From NCBI GenBank assembly GCA_018646675.1, contig JABGUH010000039.1, forward strand, positions 3,833 through 67,832: a stretch of 64,000 bases of DNA, in the 5' to 3' direction. A program made the position numbers and the translations under genes. Source of the DNA: Bdellovibrionales bacterium. Lineage in GTDB: Bacteria; Bdellovibrionota; Bacteriovoracia; Bacteriovoracales; Bacteriovoracaceae. Below the pieces are notes generated by a model. That model saw only the letters and a program-made list of their open reading frames with translations. It was not told where the DNA came from and made no database searches. This document shows positions 1 through 9,297 of the stretch, one piece after another (within the stretch, counting starts at the first letter, position 1; each line of letters begins with the position of its first letter).

Positions 1-357
1 CTGCTCACTATCCCAACGTCCCCAAAGACAGAAACTACGCCCTTTATCTTGAAGATTTAGTACCAGCGCATGGCCCATCCCACTACAGTGCAAATATGAA
101 CTATAGCTTACAGCTCGGGGGTCCACCTCCAGAGAGGTTAACTCCGCTCGCACCTGATAGATCAACTCTCTTTGCCAATGCTCCATCAGATTAAATGCAC
201 TCCTCTGATTAAAAGAGACCACCCGCAGCTCCCCCTGACGACTAACTCCGGCCCAACAAGCACCGTTGGCCAACTCCTCAACAGTGATCTCTGCTCCAAC
301 CAGAGTTGTAGGTAGTAGCAGCACTAAAAAAACGAACCATTTTACTCCACTTTGCAT
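1..357 (-). CDS. Hypothetical secreted protein, 5' part only (gene continues past the left window edge)
   Basis: Absent from the ORF track because no stop lies in the window. My own minus-strand translation from ATG (355-357) gives MQSGVKWFVFLVLLLPTTLVGAEITVEELANGACWAGVSRQGELRVVSFNQRSAFNLMEHWQRELIYQVRAEL... It stays open for all 119 codons down to base 1. The N-terminus is hydrophobic and signal-peptide-like. No family recognised. Confidence 0.4.
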   Translation of the reverse strand, partial: MQSGVKWFVFLVLLLPTTLVGAEITVEELANGACWAGVSRQGELRVVSFNQRSAFNLMEHWQRELIYQVRAELTSLEVDPRAVSYSSYLHCSGMGHALVLNLQDKGRSFCLWGRWDSEQ

Positions 358-419
358 CCCTAAAGTCCTAGCAAAAAAGTTTTTACAACGATTAAGAACC
401 TATCGGAAATTTTGATTAA

Positions 420-833
420 TTACTTAGAGGTAGAACTCTGTTTGGTGGGTGGGCGTCCCGGTTTGGCATCTAGCCCTTTGGTAATAAAGTTGATCAGCAC
501 CGGTTCGTTCTGAACATCATCAAACATCCAGTTCCTAGCGTAGTACTGATTTAAAACTCGTGCCATCTCTTGGGCATCTTTAGCATAGGCAAACTCCACT
601 GCCACCATATAGACCCCTTGCACCTGGATGGTAAAAGCACCAGTACAACTTGAACCATACACACTACACTTAATCCCAGAAGCGATATCTTTGGGTAGAA
701 TTACTTTGAAGGTTTTATCAGTGGTGCGACCAAGCTTGATCAGCTCCGATTTCATAAAACTTGGATTAGGTTCTTCAGAACAAGAAGAGATCAAGATCAA
801 CAAAGCAATAGAGATTAAACGAAGTGGTGCCAT
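420..833 (-). CDS. Hypothetical lipoprotein
   Basis: 137-aa ORF. The N-terminus MAPLRLISIALLILISSC is a signal peptide ending in a lipobox-like I-S-S-C. No family recognised. Confidence 0.55.
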   Translation of the reverse strand: MAPLRLISIALLILISSCSEEPNPSFMKSELIKLGRTTDKTFKVILPKDIASGIKCSVYGSSCTGAFTIQVQGVYMVAVEFAYAKDAQEMARVLNQYYARNWMFDDVQNEPVLINFITKGLDAKPGRPPTKQSSTSK

Positions 834-895
834 CAGTTGATTATACCGCTAATCCACCTTGCAAAAAAAGAGAAAAATGAGAAGATATATAGAGA

Positions 896-3253
896 ATGAA
901 TAATTTAGACAGTAATTACCAAATAGATGTCAAACTTGCCAGTGGCAAGACCATCGAGCTGGCAATTGAGACTAATCTAGCAATTGGTAGTGATCCTCAA
1001 TTAATTGGCCATATCCCCTCTAGCTCCCTGGCCCCTAAGCATGGGGTCTTTCGCATCAAAAATGGGGTCCTCTCCTTCCGTTTTCTTGGAGGTAATAAGC
1101 AGACCAGAATCGATGGCCAGGTCCTCAACCATGGAAAAATGTATATTATGGAAGAGGGCGATACTATCAATATCGATCAGGTCGCCATCACTGTTATTAA
1201 GGAACAGCAGCAGATAGAGGATGATTATCTTGACCAGGAGACCAAACCCGATTACGACAACAGTGGTGTGTTTAACCTTGATGGCACCATGATGCACAAG
1301 AGTCTGGACGAGATGGGCAGTGATGATACACTGATGAAAATTCAGTTAGATCTCGATCCCGTCTCTAGGAGCGGTACAAAGAAAGATGCCCCCCTGCAGG
1401 TCCAAAAGCTAAATCAGAGCAATACCACCATAAAGTCAGAACTAAAGAGTATTTTCAAGGGTGATGATACCATCAGAGATAAAGCGAAAACAGTCATCTT
1501 CTCACTGCGAGATTTAATGCAGCGAAAGGCACAAGAGAAACAGGTGAGTGAGGTAGACCCTGATTCTGATCATCAGCAAAAATCTGTTGATCTAACCGAA
1601 ATCCCCCCTCCACCAATCAAAGCATATGAACCACCGCCAATTCCCACTCAAAAGCAAAATGTAAGCGGTGATTTGGCCTTTAAACCAAAGTATCTACTAT
1701 TTATCTATGCCCTGCTGCTCAATGGACTTATCTTCTATCTACTCGTAACTTGGGTCTCCATCTACTTTCCAGTATTAGAACTACTAAACGGCCAACTGGC
1801 CACTCTGCTTGGCCCACTAATAACCAGCACCATCGTCATCCCCCACCAAATATTAGGAGTTGAAACAACTTTTTTAGTCGCGCTCTACCTCATCTACTAC
1901 TGCTGGGAGCTACTCTGCGTAATCATCTGGCGGCGCTCCTTGGGATATCTACTATTAGGGATGAATATTATCTCCCCACTCTCCAAGCTACGTAAAAAAG
2001 CTACCATCCGAACCCTGCTGGCACCCTTCACCACCCCCCTGATTATATTTGATCTTCCACTTCTTTGGGGCAGGAGATCCGCTAAAGATCTGCTGGCAAC
2101 AATCAAGGGAGTTGACCTACCCTCTAAAGTGAGGGGATGGGGGGGAGCAGTAATCCTGGCACCGATCGTAACTCTCATCCTGCTGATTGCTCCTCTTCTG
2201 ATCACCTCCTTTACTCAAGAGTCTATCGTGGTGACAAATGAATCGATCGCAGGCAAGAGGTTAAACAGCGATGGTCAGCGCAATCAACTCCCCTCCACTC
2301 TCTATCAATTTACCCTCAAAGGGGCGACGGAAAAGTTTAAAATGTTCCCTAATCTGAGCTTAATCAATACCCCCCACCGGAAGGGGAGTTACCTTAAGAT
2401 AAAGATGGATATCTACCATGGTCTTAATCAAACCCCTATCACCCTTCTTCCACCTAAAAAGATATCTTTAAGAGAGCTGCTGCAGACCTTGCTTACAGGA
2501 AACCCTCTTTTTCCCTACCTCTTTCCTCACACCACCTATCTACTAAAGCGCCCCACCCCCAAGGGAGGACTTCCTCCTGCGGTGATCAAGGAGCTAACAA
2601 CCTTGGCCCCGATGCTGATCTCCTTCGCCCCGGAAAAACTGCAAGAGACCCTGTTAAAGATCGGCCCGATTACCTCGCCACTACTGAAGGCCAACCGACA
2701 ATTTAGACAACAGCTAAAAATTGGCCAGATGGAATCACTTACCATTATGAAAGGTAGGAGTCGCACTACCATCTTAAAAATCACTCTTAAGAGTAGTGGA
2801 AATGGGCAGGAGCTGATTCTTATTCCACTGACCTCTTTGAATGCCCCCTACTATCGCCTGACCTATCCCACTACTGCCGCATCCACTGTTGAGCACCTAC
2901 AGGCCAAGATTATCGGATATAGCCAATTTGTTCTTCCTCGTCCGACCAACACTCTAACTAATAGTAATGGTGGAATTTATAACCCATTTATTATCACTGA
3001 CCTACTCGAACGGCTGAAGAGAGATCTAACCGCCCGCCAAAATTTCTCGTTAGATACTCTTCCCTACTTTGCCCGTTGGGTAAAGAGTGCCCAAGAGGGG
3101 CCAAGCAGGAAGTTTCGACAACGGACCTTGCAAACGTTAAATACAACTGCTAAATATCTCGCCATCTTAAATAAAAAAGGGGCGTATCCCACGATGGAAC
3201 AATATCAAGGTGAACTACAGCGTATGTCCAAATCTTTAGCGACCGGCCAGTAG
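896..3253 (+). CDS. FHA-domain membrane protein with RDD-like transmembrane module and a large C-terminal domain of unknown function
   Basis: 785 aa. The N-terminal ~100 aa look like an FHA fold (GSDPQLIGHIPSSSLAPKHGVFRIKNGVLSFRFLGGNKQTRIDGQVL...GDTINIDQVAITV). A Pro-rich linker follows (PPPPIKAYEPPPIP). Several hydrophobic helices span aa ~265-440, including WRRSLGYLLLGM (RDD-family-like). The last ~330 aa have no motif I recognise. Confidence 0.6.
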   Translation: MNNLDSNYQIDVKLASGKTIELAIETNLAIGSDPQLIGHIPSSSLAPKHGVFRIKNGVLSFRFLGGNKQTRIDGQVLNHGKMYIMEEGDTINIDQVAITVIKEQQQIEDDYLDQETKPDYDNSGVFNLDGTMMHKSLDEMGSDDTLMKIQLDLDPVSRSGTKKDAPLQVQKLNQSNTTIKSELKSIFKGDDTIRDKAKTVIFSLRDLMQRKAQEKQVSEVDPDSDHQQKSVDLTEIPPPPIKAYEPPPIPTQKQNVSGDLAFKPKYLLFIYALLLNGLIFYLLVTWVSIYFPVLELLNGQLATLLGPLITSTIVIPHQILGVETTFLVALYLIYYCWELLCVIIWRRSLGYLLLGMNIISPLSKLRKKATIRTLLAPFTTPLIIFDLPLLWGRRSAKDLLATIKGVDLPSKVRGWGGAVILAPIVTLILLIAPLLITSFTQESIVVTNESIAGKRLNSDGQRNQLPSTLYQFTLKGATEKFKMFPNLSLINTPHRKGSYLKIKMDIYHGLNQTPITLLPPKKISLRELLQTLLTGNPLFPYLFPHTTYLLKRPTPKGGLPPAVIKELTTLAPMLISFAPEKLQETLLKIGPITSPLLKANRQFRQQLKIGQMESLTIMKGRSRTTILKITLKSSGNGQELILIPLTSLNAPYYRLTYPTTAASTVEHLQAKIIGYSQFVLPRPTNTLTNSNGGIYNPFIITDLLERLKRDLTARQNFSLDTLPYFARWVKSAQEGPSRKFRQRTLQTLNTTAKYLAILNKKGAYPTMEQYQGELQRMSKSLATGQ

Positions 3254-4377
3254 TGATCCAACAAGAGAATAGATCTCACTTTAAGTTTGAACTAGTGCAC
3301 ACCGACAGAAACTGCGGTGCCCGCGCCGGTATAATCACCACCCCGCGGGGAGTGATTGAGACTCCTATTTTTATGCCTGTCGGCACTCATGGTGCGATCA
3401 AGGCACTACAACCCCAAGTATTAGAAGAGATGAAAATTCCCATTATCCTTTCCAATACCTACCATCTAAACCTATCTCCCGGACCTGCTATTATCAAAAA
3501 GGCTGGAGGCCTCCATAAGTTTATGGGCTGGAATAAGCCGATCCTCACTGACTCAGGAGGCTTTCAAGTCTTCTCGTTGAAAGATCGCAAAATTACGGAG
3601 GAGGGGGCCCAATTCAAAAGTCCTGATGGGGAGCAGGTGGTGCTTACCCCAGAAAAATCGATTGAGATTCAACAATGTTTGGGATCTGACATCATGATGG
3701 CCTTTGATGAGTGTATTCCCCATCCAGCAACCAAGCAGTACACTAAAAAATCCATTCAGCGTACTCATCGTTGGCTGGACCGCTGTATCAATAGCTGGAG
3801 CAATCCTCAGCAGTCACTGTTTGGTATCATCCAAGGATCATCCTTCGAACAGCTAAGAGAGGAGTGTGTCCAAGAGGTCTGTTCCCGAGACTTACCAGGC
3901 TATGCCATTGGGGGAGTCTCAGTTGGAGAGGGCCCGGAACTAATGGAACAGGTGGTCTCCTACACCGCCCCGATCATGCCAAAAGATCGTCCCCGTTATG
4001 TAATGGGGGTGGGAAATCCTGAAGATCTCCTGATGATCTGGGAGTATGGGATTGATATGAGCGACTGTATCATTCCGACAAAGTTTGCCCGTGGAGGAAC
4101 CCTATTCACCAATCGTGGGAAACTACGTATCCGCCATCGAAAGATGCGGGGAGACCTCTATCCAGTCGAGCCCAACTGTAACTGCTATACCTGTAAGAAT
4201 TTTAGTCGTAGCTATCTAAAACATCTATTTGATGCTAACGAGGTCTTAGGTGCCATCCTCACCTCTACTCATAATATTGCTTTCTACAATCACCTCGCCC
4301 GGCGGGCCCGCCAGGCGATTATTCAAGATCGTTTCTTAGATTTTAAGCGGGAGTTTCTCTCCCGCTATCAACAGTAA
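3253..4377 (+). CDS. tgt: Queuine tRNA-ribosyltransferase (tRNA-guanine transglycosylase)
   Basis: Motifs FMPVGTHGAIKAL, LTDSGGFQVFSL, MAFDEC, GGVSVGE and YVMGVGNPEDL, plus the zinc-site CNCYTC...H. Collinear with E. coli Tgt from FKFEL onward. The GTG start at 3253 overlaps the upstream TAG stop (TAGTG). Confidence 0.93.
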   Translation: MIQQENRSHFKFELVHTDRNCGARAGIITTPRGVIETPIFMPVGTHGAIKALQPQVLEEMKIPIILSNTYHLNLSPGPAIIKKAGGLHKFMGWNKPILTDSGGFQVFSLKDRKITEEGAQFKSPDGEQVVLTPEKSIEIQQCLGSDIMMAFDECIPHPATKQYTKKSIQRTHRWLDRCINSWSNPQQSLFGIIQGSSFEQLREECVQEVCSRDLPGYAIGGVSVGEGPELMEQVVSYTAPIMPKDRPRYVMGVGNPEDLLMIWEYGIDMSDCIIPTKFARGGTLFTNRGKLRIRHRKMRGDLYPVEPNCNCYTCKNFSRSYLKHLFDANEVLGAILTSTHNIAFYNHLARRARQAIIQDRFLDFKREFLSRYQQ

Positions 4378-4381
4378 AACT

Positions 4382-5146
4382 CTACTTCGCCGCAGGAGTC
4401 ATATTATAACCGGCCAAGATACGCGCTATTGACCCATCAGCGATTAGCGACTTATAGGCATCCATAATTTTTTTAGTCGTGGCAGCATCAATCTTCATCT
4501 TACTAAAACCAAAATAGTAGTTGAGTTTCTTAAAGGTTCCTACATATTGCAGATTATCCAACCCCTCATCCTTGATGATTGCTCGACCGACATCTCCATT
4601 GGAAAATGCAAATTTAAGATTACTTCCCCGTCCCAATACTCTAAAGACCGTTACTGAATCCTTATATAGCTCTGTTTTAAAGTCATTCCCTGGCTTCTTT
4701 CTAATTTTGGCCAAATTTTTAGAAGTATTTGACGGGCCATAAACGCCGATCGAAGAGTTGACCAAGGGGACATCATTACTATATTTAATTCGGCTGCTCT
4801 TTTTAGCAAAAAAACCGTAAGTGGTCTCTAGAATAGGAGGGGAAAAATTCAACCACTTCTCCCGTGCAGCATTTTTTCCAATAAAAAATAGCGCCGAAAC
4901 ATCACCATTTTTATCTTTTGCACTCTTTTGAATCCACTTCCATACACCACTTTTAATTTTATAATCCAAACCGGCTCGCTTCATCACCGCAGCAATAACA
5001 TCAACTCCCGGGCCGACAACTTTGCCACTCTTGGTTTGAGAAAAGGGAGGAAACTCCTGAGTACCAAAGACAATAGGCTTTGCAAGCAGTGAACTAGTCA
5101 AAACAAAAAAGAGTGTCAAGACGATGATAGTTCTAATGGTTGTCAT
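4382..5146 (-). CDS. Periplasmic solute-binding protein, family 3 (amino-acid-type SBP fold), orphan
   Basis: 254 aa with a signal peptide (MTTIRTIIVLTLFFVLTSSLLA). It has the typical SBP_bac_3 start KPIVFGTQEFPPFS...GKVVGPGVDVI and matching length. No ABC permease or ATPase gene is adjacent. Confidence 0.55.
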   Translation of the reverse strand: MTTIRTIIVLTLFFVLTSSLLAKPIVFGTQEFPPFSQTKSGKVVGPGVDVIAAVMKRAGLDYKIKSGVWKWIQKSAKDKNGDVSALFFIGKNAAREKWLNFSPPILETTYGFFAKKSSRIKYSNDVPLVNSSIGVYGPSNTSKNLAKIRKKPGNDFKTELYKDSVTVFRVLGRGSNLKFAFSNGDVGRAIIKDEGLDNLQYVGTFKKLNYYFGFSKMKIDAATTKKIMDAYKSLIADGSIARILAGYNMTPAAK

Positions 5147-5215
5147 TTTGCACCTCCCGTGCAGATAAAATTTTATAAACTAATCATTGATTATCGGGAA
5201 CAGCAATAAGTCTAC

Positions 5216-5842
5216 CTAAAAATCTATCATAAATAAACTCTCATCTAGATGAGGATTTTCATTCACTAAATCTTGATTAAACTGATGCTTTAACTCAACA
5301 TAACGACCATAGTTATCAACTCCAATTACCCACTTGAGCTCCTCCATATATTCATCATGCAATACTTCAGTCAGTAACTCCTTATCCTCGGCCGGTAGTT
5401 GACCACTACCATACTCCTCCTGCATATACTCATGGAGCTCATCCAGAGCAACCATCTTATCTTCATTATACTCCCTTTGTAGCTCCTGGTAACTACGATA
5501 AATCCCTGGATCCAAGTGCATCTCATTAACTAACAGACGCTTAACCCGCTTTTTCCAGGCAATTTCAGCACGAACATAGATATTTGCATACCCCTTTGGG
5601 TTATCACCTCTGGCCGCGACCTGGGGGTCTTGCTGTTTCCCCTTCTCCAGTGGCTTAGTAATCGAGCCTAACTCTACTTTTGTGGGTGACGGCTTCCTCT
5701 TAGGTCGTAGCGCTCTCTGCTGCTCTGGTTGAATAACTGCCCGCTGAATATGGGCCCGCTCCCCCTGATCAGAGCTCCAATGACGATATATGGCCACGAG
5801 CACCAACAGAATAAATAAAGTAAAAACGGTAATACGCCCCAA
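5216..5842 (-). CDS. Hypothetical membrane-anchored protein
   Basis: 208 aa with a single N-terminal hydrophobic helix (ITVFTLFILLVLVAIY). A basic/Pro-rich linker and an acidic helical C-terminal region follow. No family recognised. Confidence 0.45.
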   Translation of the reverse strand: MGRITVFTLFILLVLVAIYRHWSSDQGERAHIQRAVIQPEQQRALRPKRKPSPTKVELGSITKPLEKGKQQDPQVAARGDNPKGYANIYVRAEIAWKKRVKRLLVNEMHLDPGIYRSYQELQREYNEDKMVALDELHEYMQEEYGSGQLPAEDKELLTEVLHDEYMEELKWVIGVDNYGRYVELKHQFNQDLVNENPHLDESLFMIDF

Positions 5843-6115
5843 AGTTGTATAGCTCCTCTTACCAAGTAAAAAAGGGGAATTATAACTACTACAAGTATAT
5901 CGAGAGAGACACTATAGTAAAAGAGTTGGGGAATGTTAAATTTTAACCGCAAAATCCAAGATATATGGGCAGTTTTAATGTGGCGACTAATTAGAGCAAG
6001 TTGAATAAAACTAGTATGTTATCAGAGTGGAAATTGTGCCCCATAGAGATATACCACTTACTTAGTATAATGGTGCTAACCAAAGGTAATTTTTTATCCA
6101 CCAAGGTGGTATTTG

Positions 6116-8929
6116 ATGATCAGTTATAAAAAAGTAATCGCCCTAACTGTTACGACTCTGAGCTTGGCCCTGACAGTGATCAGTGCTATAGCTGCAGATA
6201 CCTACCTTGCAGATCCTACAACATACTACAGAAGTTCAGAGTACTATCCCTTTAGCTTTCCTGCTAACCCCTCGATGGATGACCGCTGCGAGGATATGCA
6301 TACAACGAATGGATTGAAGTATATCTCTTGTAGTAATGGATTAGGATGTATTGAGACTAACAATCCAACAGAGTACCAACAGAGCTGCCCATTTTGGCGT
6401 ACCTGCAGTGCTGGTGATAAATCCCCCATGGCCCTATGCCAAGAGGAGTGTCTCGATACTGGAGATAGTGATTACTGTGATGGATTCTGTGCCGGAAAGA
6501 TAGAACTTTGCCGCTACCAAGGTAGCTGTCTCGGGGCCAATGCTTCTTGTAAGGATAAGATTGAGTGTGCTTCAAGTGTCTGTGATGGTCTAAGTATTGA
6601 TCCCGCCGACAATAGTGTCATTACCCCTGGCCGCTGCCTCCCGATTACCCGCTGTCAACCTGACTGTGTGACAGTCGGAAAACAGAAATTCACCTACAGT
6701 TGCTGCATCGGCTTGGTCCCAGATGCTGCCGGTATCTGCCAGGCTGAGCAGTTACCGATTTTTCCCGATGCCACCTTTGAGGATATTGATTATTTTAGTT
6801 ACCGTGTTGATAGTGAAAAAAATATCGTTAAACGCTATCCAACTGAGGGCGGTGTCGAACACAAAGTTGACCCATTCACCTGTAGTGCTACTCTACATGT
6901 GAAAAAAGGGGGCGTTTATCAGGAGGATACCAACTATGTTCGCCGTACGGCGACCTCAATGGAGCGATCCTATCACAGTATAGAGTGGCTGTGGGGTATG
7001 GCCACCATCTATCTAAATGACTACTTCAGTGTCAACAAGCAAGCAAAAAATGCTGGAGTCTTTCTGAAAGATCAGAGGGCGCAAATCCACGAGTGGTATG
7101 GAGAAAAACTCTCTGAATTGACGAAAGAGGGTGAGAAGTTAATGGATAACAAAGGTGATACTGGTACCCCAAGTGGGACTGACGCTACTAGTGGTACACA
7201 AGAGGAAGGTAAAAAATATGCTCGTTACACCGAGGAGTTCGGCCCACTGATTGATAAATTGAGCAGCGGTGAAACAGACTCCACCTCTGCTGTTGAGACC
7301 TACCGCCATCTGGCGAAGAAAAATCGCCTCCTAGCAGAGCGCGATATGCGGCATGAGGGATTGATGCAAGGATTTATTGCCAACCTAGATGGTATAACCT
7401 CTATTCTCAACAGCTCATCAGGACAGCTCAACAATTGGTCTGGCAGTAGTATCTGGTGTATCATTCTTCCCTTTCTCTGTCCCCCGCGCCAAAATATCTG
7501 CGGTGGGTCCGGTACAGGCTCCCCCAATAAGACCTGTACTCGAAGCTGTGTCACCACTAGTTTGGGAAGTGTCGTCGATCCACTGTGGGATGGGCTGGAC
7601 TCCTCTGAAGCAGGGATGATCAAGCGGTTCACAACTTATGCTAACCATATATTGACAAACTATCCTGAGACGATTGGAGATTACCCGCGAGTGACATTGA
7701 CTACCAGCCCGATAGAGTTAGAGATTGATCTTGCCATGCCAAAAGAGCTGGCCAAAGCGACTACCTATGAGGCCAGGCGAACAATGGCACTGGATGTTGC
7801 CGGTAAGATGGCTTACACCTGGTTTACAATGTTCGGGCGAGGTGGCTGCGGCCAGGTCCAACACTCTCAAAAGATGGAGACCGTGCGTAGAATGAAGGAG
7901 CAGGCGATCTTCCTGCAAAAATATTATAAGCGCAGCTTTGAGATGCGAATGGCAACCGCTGATTGCCTCGATAACTTTGCAAATACTATGTCAGGTATTT
8001 ATAAAGTGAGCAATCATAAGCAGGATGCGACCTCTCTACGTCGAATCGTGTTAGGGGGAGAGAAGATTGAGGATGGCAAGGTGGACCAAGCAGAGGCTCC
8101 ACCGAGCGTCGCACCTCAATTTGAGTGTCCACCCAATACTCCAGGTTGTAGTGGCACGGCCCCCGGTGCGACTAAGGCCCTACCAGGTAACACGATTAAG
8201 GATTTAACCGCTAATAGTAGCTCAACAGATCTGCCATCAGGCAAAGAGCTAGATAGTAGTGGCGACTCCCAAAAGCCGAAAGCCCTAGCTAAAAACAGAC
8301 AATTGAAGAAGGGAGGAGAGCTTCGCGCTGCCTACGATTTACAGGGGAGTGGCCAGCGAAAAAACAGAAATTCAGAAAACCAAAGAGGCAATCAAGGCAA
8401 AAATATCAAGATCGGTAGCAGTGCCGCATTTAGTGCTGGAGGTACTCAAGATCAGCAGGCGATCGCCAATAATCGAAATTACCAACAGGATAAATATCAA
8501 GAGCTAACTGAGCAACGCGCTGGTGGTAGTGATGATCAAGATGAGGGAAGAGAGGGTTTTGGCCGTTTTTCACTCACTCCCAGTAGTTTTAGCTCTCAAG
8601 ATGATCCTGATGATCAGAGTAGTGAACATAGCAACAGTAAAAAGTCCTACCGCCAAGAGGAGAAGGATGGTGAGAGTGAGGAGGAGAGTCCAGCAGAGCG
8701 AGAGCGTCGGCGCTATATCGCCCTAATGTTAAGAGATATCGCCAACAATAAGCATCGCTACACCTCTTCTAAAATTGATGGTCTGTTCTGGAAGATATCT
8801 AAAACCTACATTCGCTATGCTATTCCTCGCTTCTACCAACCAGATAACTTACTAGAAGTTGAAGAGAGCGGTACCGGCAGTAGTGGCAAAGCGCCCTCAC
8901 AAAAGGGCAAGAAGAAGAGTAAGAAATAG
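6116..8929 (+). CDS. Large secreted cysteine-rich protein with a long charged low-complexity C-terminal region
   Basis: The track ORF starts at TTG 6113. ATG at 6116 is preferred because it lies 6 nt after AAGGTGG (6103-6109). Signal peptide is KKVIALTVTTLSLALTVISAIAA. The first ~200 mature residues are dense in Cys (CEDMH..CSNGLGC..CPFWRTCSAGD..CQEEC..YCDGFC..CRYQGSC..CKDKIEC..VCDG..C). A second Cys cluster lies around aa 450-480. Residues ~640-880 are rich in S/G/Q/K/E/D/R. No enzymatic motif recognised. Confidence 0.65.
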   Translation: MISYKKVIALTVTTLSLALTVISAIAADTYLADPTTYYRSSEYYPFSFPANPSMDDRCEDMHTTNGLKYISCSNGLGCIETNNPTEYQQSCPFWRTCSAGDKSPMALCQEECLDTGDSDYCDGFCAGKIELCRYQGSCLGANASCKDKIECASSVCDGLSIDPADNSVITPGRCLPITRCQPDCVTVGKQKFTYSCCIGLVPDAAGICQAEQLPIFPDATFEDIDYFSYRVDSEKNIVKRYPTEGGVEHKVDPFTCSATLHVKKGGVYQEDTNYVRRTATSMERSYHSIEWLWGMATIYLNDYFSVNKQAKNAGVFLKDQRAQIHEWYGEKLSELTKEGEKLMDNKGDTGTPSGTDATSGTQEEGKKYARYTEEFGPLIDKLSSGETDSTSAVETYRHLAKKNRLLAERDMRHEGLMQGFIANLDGITSILNSSSGQLNNWSGSSIWCIILPFLCPPRQNICGGSGTGSPNKTCTRSCVTTSLGSVVDPLWDGLDSSEAGMIKRFTTYANHILTNYPETIGDYPRVTLTTSPIELEIDLAMPKELAKATTYEARRTMALDVAGKMAYTWFTMFGRGGCGQVQHSQKMETVRRMKEQAIFLQKYYKRSFEMRMATADCLDNFANTMSGIYKVSNHKQDATSLRRIVLGGEKIEDGKVDQAEAPPSVAPQFECPPNTPGCSGTAPGATKALPGNTIKDLTANSSSTDLPSGKELDSSGDSQKPKALAKNRQLKKGGELRAAYDLQGSGQRKNRNSENQRGNQGKNIKIGSSAAFSAGGTQDQQAIANNRNYQQDKYQELTEQRAGGSDDQDEGREGFGRFSLTPSSFSSQDDPDDQSSEHSNSKKSYRQEEKDGESEEESPAERERRRYIALMLRDIANNKHRYTSSKIDGLFWKISKTYIRYAIPRFYQPDNLLEVEESGTGSSGKAPSQKGKKKSKK

Positions 8930-9297
8930 TGGATAGATTTTTTTTTGCATTCATCATGATGGTGTTGACAGCAGGTTGCCAACCTCAACCCTTTGATCAA
9001 GAGCGGTGTGAGCAGTTGTCGATGAAGAGTTTCAAGGGTATCCCCCATTCGGCTCAACTGTTCAAAAACCATTGCCAGCACCTTACTATCGTCTATCATC
9101 AACAGCACTGCCAAAAAGCTCTGGAGTCCCTAATTCTGCAACACTCACTAAAAGAGATAAAAGAGAAGTTTGGAGAAAAAATTGAGCACTGCTTTACCAG
9201 CAATGACCTGAAAAAGTTTGGTCAAAATCCTAGCCACGAGGCTTCAAACGTTCCCAACAGAGGCGCTCTCTCTGGTCAAATAGAGCTTTTGAAGTAA
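8929..9297 (+). CDS. Hypothetical small lipoprotein
   Basis: 122 aa. MDRFFFAFIMMVLTAGC carries the lipobox L-T-A-G-C. The GTG start overlaps the upstream TAG (TAGTG at 8927-8931). The 3' end overlaps the convergent fetB-like gene by 68 nt, so the true C-terminus is uncertain. Confidence 0.45.
   Translation: MDRFFFAFIMMVLTAGCQPQPFDQERCEQLSMKSFKGIPHSAQLFKNHCQHLTIVYHQQHCQKALESLILQHSLKEIKEKFGEKIEHCFTSNDLKKFGQNPSHEASNVPNRGALSGQIELLK

Noticed and set aside
5674-5952. 92-aa minus-strand ORF overlapping the 5' end of the 208-aa gene
   Set aside because: It is out of frame and overlaps a longer ORF that has a plausible membrane anchor. It has no independent support.
6034-6071. TATAAT hexamer at 6066-6071 as a promoter for the 938-aa gene
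   Set aside because: I found no acceptable -35 element 16-18 nt upstream. The nearest TTG-containing hexamer is 26 nt away. Not reported as a feature.
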